Source: Alphaproteobacteria bacterium
Lineage (GTDB): Bacteria > Pseudomonadota > Alphaproteobacteria > UBA828
Assembly (NCBI GenBank): GCA_965237415.1
Contig: CBDEFM010000002.1
Span: 2,464,001-2,528,000, forward strand
Length of the DNA: 64,000 nucleotides
Direction of reading: 5' to 3'
The position numbers and the translations under genes were made by a program. Shown here one piece after another: positions 59,040-64,000 of the stretch. The notes under the pieces are model-generated. The model did no database searches. It had not been told where the DNA came from and saw only the letters and a program-made list of their open reading frames with translations. Numbering within the stretch: the first letter of the stretch is position 1; each line of letters starts with the position of its first letter.

Positions 59040-59690
59040 TCATGCGGTGATGATAACGGAAGTGTGATTGCGGCCTGTGGATGTAGCAGACACTGACCAC
59101 GTGCGGCACAATTGCTTTTCCGAATTAGCGGCTACTGAAATCAAAATCCCCAATGCCGGGACCGGCAGGTCGGCAGAGCTCCTATGCTGCCACCTGGCAT
59201 ACCGGGGCAACGCAGACGATGCCTCCAGAGCATCATCGTCAAGCAATAAAGTGGCGACCAGGAGAGGCGGCGGACAAGCCAGCGGCTCTCACTCTACAGG
59301 CGGGAATACGCGTACGAGCGCAGTCTCAACCATCAAGTACCGATTCACTCTCCCACGCAACCTCCGGCGCTTTTGAGGACTGCACCCTGCGCTTCGTCCA
59401 GGCACTTGAATATCCGAGAGCGAAGCACTTCAGCGTTGACGATCGTTGGGGATTGTATCCACAGACCATTCCGAGTCCTCTTCCGGTAACGGCTCTTGTG
59501 CGGCGGAGTGCGCCTGGACAACGAACGGAGTCGCCGGCGGACAGAAACCGGACTGCAGTGCAATCTCGTAGCCATCGACGACTTGGACCCAGACGAATTC
59601 CTGGCAGCCGGCTGCCCCCGGTTGTTCGGCGCATGCACCTTTTCGACGCTGCCCCCGGTGTACTTGCGGGCCCTTCGAGTCCTCATGCAA
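59040..59690 (-). pseudogene. Possible degraded gene remnant of lower GC
   Basis: Protein-like fragments in alternating minus frames (EFVWVQVVDGYEIA...EWSVDTIP / NAEVLRSRIFKCLDEAQGAVL / YLMVETALVRVFPP..PPPLLVATLLLD) broken by stops. Confidence 0.3.
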
Positions 59691-59842
59691 CGTGAAAGGC
59701 GCGACGCGCGCTGGGGTCTCGGTGCGCGCTGCCAGCCCGCATTCCTTACCACGGCCTCGGCGTCGATGGCGCAGTCGCTGGTTGCCGCGCTATTCTTTCC
59801 CGCGTCCGACGGTGCCGCAACAGAGACGGCAGCAAGGAGGCG

Positions 59843-61111
59843 ATGATGCTCTGGATGCGTCAGGCGATCAGGTCCGTCGTCGTGGGTTCGATGCTTGCGC
59901 GGGAACGCTGGCAGAGCGGGGTCGCCTACAACCCGCTGTCGAAGCGGACCGCCCAGGACCCCTATCCCGTCTATGCGGCGCTCCGCGAACGTGACCCGGT
60001 GCACCGCAGCAGGCTGATGAACGCCTGGGTCTTTACGCGCCACGCGGACGTGGACACCATCCTGCGCGACCATCAGCGCTTCGGCAACGACCCACGCAAG
60101 GGTGAGCTCTCGCGCCGGCAGCGCGCCAACCTGCCGCCGGAAGAAGAGTTCTCGTTATTGTTCCTCGACCCGCCGGACCACAAGCGATTGAGGGCGCTCG
60201 TCAACAAGGCCTTCACACCCAAGGCAGTGAATGCCCTGGAGCCTCACATCCGGGCTCTCCTCGGCGCCTTGCTGGACGACATCGACGACCCCGCCGGATT
60301 CGATCTTATGCAGGCGGTGGCCCAGCCGTTGCCCGTGATCGTGATCGCAGAGATGCTGGGCGTGCCGCCGGAAGACCGGGCGCAGTTCAAGATCTGGTCC
60401 GACCAGCGCGCACGCACACTGGAGCCGATGATCGACGCGCGGGAACGCGCGGCCTCCGATGCCGCCGCCAAGGCGCTCGACGCTTACTTCCGGCCAATCG
60501 TCAAGGAGCGGCGGGCGGCGCCCAAGGACGACATCGTCAGCGCACTTGCGCAGGCGGAAGAGGAAGGCGACCGCCTCACCGAGCGTGAGATGCTGAACAT
60601 GCTGCGCCTGCTCCTGATTGCTGGCAACGAAACCACCACCAACCTGATCGGCAACGGCGTGCTGGCCTTGCTGCACCATCCGGATCAGCTGCAGCGGCTC
60701 AGGGACGATCCGAGCCTGATCCCCTCGGCGGTGGATGAGCTGCTGCGCTTCGATTCGCCGGTGCAGACGGATTTCCGGCGCGTACTCTCGGATTGCGAGG
60801 TGAACGGCTTTGCCGTGCGGCAACGCGACAACATCGTCGTCCTGCTCGGCGCGGCCAACCGGGACCCGGACGTATTCGACGATCCCGACCGGCTCGATAT
60901 CGGCCGCGGCGACCGTTCGCACCTGTCGTTCGGGCGCGGCATCCACCACTGCATCGGGGCTCCGCTTGCACGCCTGGAAGGCCGGATCGTTCTTGAGATG
61001 CTGCTGGAGCGTTTCTCCCAGATCAGCCTGCGCGGCGAGCAGCCGCGATTCCGCAACAGCATCGTGCTGCGCGGCCTGGAATCCCTGCCCGTCCGCTGCG
61101 CCAAGGATTGA
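59843..61111 (+). CDS. Cytochrome P450
   Basis: DPPDH, AGNETT I-helix, ELLR, FGRGIHHCIG heme motif; SD AAGGAGG. Confidence 0.96.
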   Translation: MMLWMRQAIRSVVVGSMLARERWQSGVAYNPLSKRTAQDPYPVYAALRERDPVHRSRLMNAWVFTRHADVDTILRDHQRFGNDPRKGELSRRQRANLPPEEEFSLLFLDPPDHKRLRALVNKAFTPKAVNALEPHIRALLGALLDDIDDPAGFDLMQAVAQPLPVIVIAEMLGVPPEDRAQFKIWSDQRARTLEPMIDARERAASDAAAKALDAYFRPIVKERRAAPKDDIVSALAQAEEEGDRLTEREMLNMLRLLLIAGNETTTNLIGNGVLALLHHPDQLQRLRDDPSLIPSAVDELLRFDSPVQTDFRRVLSDCEVNGFAVRQRDNIVVLLGAANRDPDVFDDPDRLDIGRGDRSHLSFGRGIHHCIGAPLARLEGRIVLEMLLERFSQISLRGEQPRFRNSIVLRGLESLPVRCAKD

Positions 61112-61181
61112 GACACGATCGCGATACTTGGATCCGCGGCTCGGCCGAAACCGAACCGCGGCAGAGCGAAAGGACCACACC

Positions 61182-61880
61182 ATGCTCGACACCCCGCCAG
61201 CGCTCACCATCCGCCGCACGTTCCAACGGCCGCCGCGCGATGCCATCGCTGCGCTGGAAGGCGCGCTGACCGGCCAGGTGGCCGACGCCCTCGGCGGTCT
61301 CGGTGCGCTCGATGCTTCGATCAAGCCGATTGCAGAGGCGCCGCCTTCCATGCAGAGCTTCGTGGGCTCGGCCTTTCCCTGCATGAACAGCCCGGCGGAC
61401 CAGCTCGGCCTGGTCGGCGCGCTCGCTTATGCGGAACCTGGAGACGTGCTTATCGTCGGTACCGAGGCCTATCTCGGCACTGCCGTGATCGGCGACCTGA
61501 TGGCGGGCATGCTGCTCAACCGCGGGGCAGCAGGCTTGGTTACCGACGGTGCGGTGCGCGACACGCCGGGCATCATCGGGGTCGGCTTGCCGGTCTATTG
61601 CGCCGGCGTCAGCCCCAACTCGCCGCAACGGAACGGCCCCGGCACAGTGGGCCTCGCCATCAGCATCGGCGGAGTCACGGTGAGTCCCGGGGATATCGTG
61701 GTGGGTGACGTGGATGGTGTCGTCGTCGTGCCCCAGGATGCGCTGGACGACGTGATCGGCCGCGTCGACGAAATCCGGCGTCAGGAGACCGAGGTGGAGG
61801 CCAAGGTCAAAGAGGGCCTCACGTACCCTGACTCCTGGCGCGCCTACCTGGAGCCGGGGGCCGCCCGCTTTGTCGACTGA
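61182..61880 (+). CDS. RraA/HMG-aldolase family protein
   Basis: VADALG, AVIGDLM, DGAVRD, PGDIVVGDVDGVVVVP. Confidence 0.88.
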   Translation: MLDTPPALTIRRTFQRPPRDAIAALEGALTGQVADALGGLGALDASIKPIAEAPPSMQSFVGSAFPCMNSPADQLGLVGALAYAEPGDVLIVGTEAYLGTAVIGDLMAGMLLNRGAAGLVTDGAVRDTPGIIGVGLPVYCAGVSPNSPQRNGPGTVGLAISIGGVTVSPGDIVVGDVDGVVVVPQDALDDVIGRVDEIRRQETEVEAKVKEGLTYPDSWRAYLEPGAARFVD

Positions 61881-62601
61881 TCCGGGCACTGCCCGGGAAC
61901 GGGCGGCGATCCTCAAGCGCGGAACGAAGGTCCTGATCTTCGACCTCTACGGTACCGTCGTCGACATGCAGGCAGGGCTGACCGAGGCCACAGCCCCTTA
62001 CCTCAAGGAGAAGGGCTGGGACGGCGCGCCGCACCGCTTCGTCACCTGGTGGCGGCGCACCCATTTCGAGAACTCGATGATCGACTCTCTTTGCGGTCGG
62101 GGCCACACCACCTATCGCGAGATCAGCCACCGAGCGCTGTCCTATGTGATGGACCGTTGCGGCTTCCCCTACACGCAGGAGGAGGTGATGCGGTTGGTCA
62201 GCCAAATCGAGGCGCTCAAGCCCTTCCCTGAAGTACCCGCGGCACTGGAGAAGCTGCGCGCCGCTGGCTACGCCCTTGCCATCCTCTCTAACGGCGACCG
62301 CAACATGCTGGAAGCTGCCAAGCCGCACGTGGGCTTTCGCTTCGACCATGTAATCTCGGTTCAGGAGGCCGGCGCCTTCAAGCCCCACTGGCGGACCTAC
62401 GCCAAGGCCGCGGAGATCATCGGCGTTGACCGCACCGCCTGCGCCCTCGTCGCCAATCACGCCTTCGATTGTATCGGCGCCAAGGCTTACGGAATGCGCA
62501 CAATCTCCATCGACCGCCGCAGCCGACCCTTCGGCGAAACTCCGCACCAGCCCGACCTCATCGTCGAGGACGCCACGGCGCTTGCGGCGGTGCTCGCCTG
62601 A
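61870..62601 (+). CDS. Haloacid dehalogenase type II (HAD family)
   Basis: FDLYGT nucleophile motif, WR, LSNG, FKP, NHAFD..GA. Confidence 0.88.
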   Translation: MSTDPGTARERAAILKRGTKVLIFDLYGTVVDMQAGLTEATAPYLKEKGWDGAPHRFVTWWRRTHFENSMIDSLCGRGHTTYREISHRALSYVMDRCGFPYTQEEVMRLVSQIEALKPFPEVPAALEKLRAAGYALAILSNGDRNMLEAAKPHVGFRFDHVISVQEAGAFKPHWRTYAKAAEIIGVDRTACALVANHAFDCIGAKAYGMRTISIDRRSRPFGETPHQPDLIVEDATALAAVLA

Positions 62602-62611
62602 GGCATCTTGC

Positions 62612-64000
62612 ATGCAAGCCGATTACATCGTAATCGGCGCGGGCTCGGGCGGAGCCGCGGTGGCAGGCCGCCTCGCCGAAGACACGCGCAACCGCGTGGT
62701 GCTCCTCGAAGCGGGGCCGAAGGACACCAACCCCCTGATCCATATACCTGCCGGCTTCGCCCGCCTGCTCACCCACCCAAAACTCAACTGGCGGCGGCAG
62801 TCCGAGCCCGTGCCCGGCCTCGGCGACCGACGCATGCCCTTCCCCTCCGGCAAGGTGCTAGGCGGTTCCAGCGCGATCAACGGGATGCTCTACATCCGCG
62901 GCCAGGCGGAGGACTACGACGCTTGGCGCGACGCCGGCAACGCAGGATGGGGCTGGGAAGATGTGCTGCCCTACTTCCGCAAGGCCGAGGACCAGCAGCA
63001 CGGGGCAAGCGAGAGTCACGGCGCCGGCGGCCCGATCGGGGTGAGCGATACGCGGCCGAGCAGCCCGGCATCGCGGCTCTTTCTCGATGCCGCGGTGCGG
63101 AGCGGTATTCCCCGCCTCGACGACCTCAACAGCGGCGATCAGCACGGCATCGCCGTCGTCCAGGGCACGATCAGGAACGGCCGGCGCATGACCACCGCGG
63201 TAGGCTACCTGCGGCCGGCCGCGACGCGAGGGAACTTGCGTGTCGTAACCGAAGTGTTGGTGGACCGCATCGTCGTGGAAGAAGGTACCGCGACCGGCGT
63301 CGTCTATACCGACAAGTCCGGCGCGACCGTGACAGCGTATTGCGAGCGCGAGGTTGTACTGTGCGCCGGCGCGGTGGCCTCGCCCCAGATCCTGCAGCAA
63401 TCCGGGATCGGCGACGCCGAGACGCTCAGGGAGCTCGGCATCGCGCCGGTCCATCACCTGCCGGGAGTGGGCGAGAACCTCCACGACCATCTGTTCGTGT
63501 TCGTGCAACCGCGGCTGAAGAAGGGGGTGCCGACGCTCAACCGGCTGCTGCGCAGCCGGCCGCGGCTTGTGGCGGAGGTGCTGCGCTACGGCCTCTTCCG
63601 CACCGGTGCGCTGTCGCTCACCTCGTGCGAGGTCTGCGGCTTTCTGGACTCCACCGAGCAAGGCCGCAGGCCCGACATCGAAATCACCTTCCGGCCGCTC
63701 AGCTTCGACCTTCTGCCGAACGGCGGCTGGCGCCCACACCCCTATCCCGGCGGCACGAGCTCGGTCTGCGCAACACGACCCAGGAGCCGCGGCCGGGTGA
63801 CGCTAATGCGGAACGAAAACGGCGCGCGGCGGGTCGCGATCCAGCCCAACTACCTTGCGCACGACGAGGACGTGATGAGCCTCGTGCGCGGCATCCGCAT
63901 CCTGCGGCGCATCCTCGGCACCGAGCCCTTCGCCTCATGCCTCGAGTTCGAGCAGCGGCCGGGCTCGGACGTCGAGAGCGACGCGGCGCTGATCGAGTAC
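62612..64000 (+). CDS. GMC-family oxidoreductase (choline dehydrogenase-like), runs off window end
   Basis: Manual translation MQADYIVIGAGSGG...LLEAG...GKVLGGSSAING...YIRG...SPQILQQSGIG...VGENLHDH; no stop before 64000. Confidence 0.92.
   Translation, partial: MQADYIVIGAGSGGAAVAGRLAEDTRNRVVLLEAGPKDTNPLIHIPAGFARLLTHPKLNWRRQSEPVPGLGDRRMPFPSGKVLGGSSAINGMLYIRGQAEDYDAWRDAGNAGWGWEDVLPYFRKAEDQQHGASESHGAGGPIGVSDTRPSSPASRLFLDAAVRSGIPRLDDLNSGDQHGIAVVQGTIRNGRRMTTAVGYLRPAATRGNLRVVTEVLVDRIVVEEGTATGVVYTDKSGATVTAYCEREVVLCAGAVASPQILQQSGIGDAETLRELGIAPVHHLPGVGENLHDHLFVFVQPRLKKGVPTLNRLLRSRPRLVAEVLRYGLFRTGALSLTSCEVCGFLDSTEQGRRPDIEITFRPLSFDLLPNGGWRPHPYPGGTSSVCATRPRSRGRVTLMRNENGARRVAIQPNYLAHDEDVMSLVRGIRILRRILGTEPFASCLEFEQRPGSDVESDAALIEY

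Overview
High-GC alphaproteobacterial (Rhodospirillales-like) chromosomal window with no integrase, transposase, cas gene or rRNA visible. It contains the tRNA-Tyr/Gly-tuf-tRNA-Trp-secE-nusG-rplKAJL-rpoBC block and a detached rpsM-rpsK-rpoA-rplQ operon. Housekeeping genes include rlmB, tRNA-Thr, ispDF, pgpA, cinA, queG, ccdA, dinB, mucR and pccAB. An aromatic-CoA cluster (PLP decarboxylase, boxB, boxC, paaK, pheA, enoyl-CoA hydratase) is followed by three decaying genes. Also present are a LIV-type ABC transporter with a fold-IV aminotransferase, creatinase and a P450/RraA/HAD/GMC cluster. The most striking observation is a 72-residue in-frame insertion in RNA polymerase beta, just after the gate-loop motif (MRPGEPPT) and before RYDLS, which reads like a bacterial SH3 (SH3b) domain. 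Other items worth checking are in-frame internal deletions in adjacent genes, a structured 21/69-bp periodic repeat, anomalous G/T-rich codon use in tuf, a candidate (R)-selective amine transaminase and breakage of the ribosomal superoperon. All family calls come from motif recognition by eye; no database searches were run.
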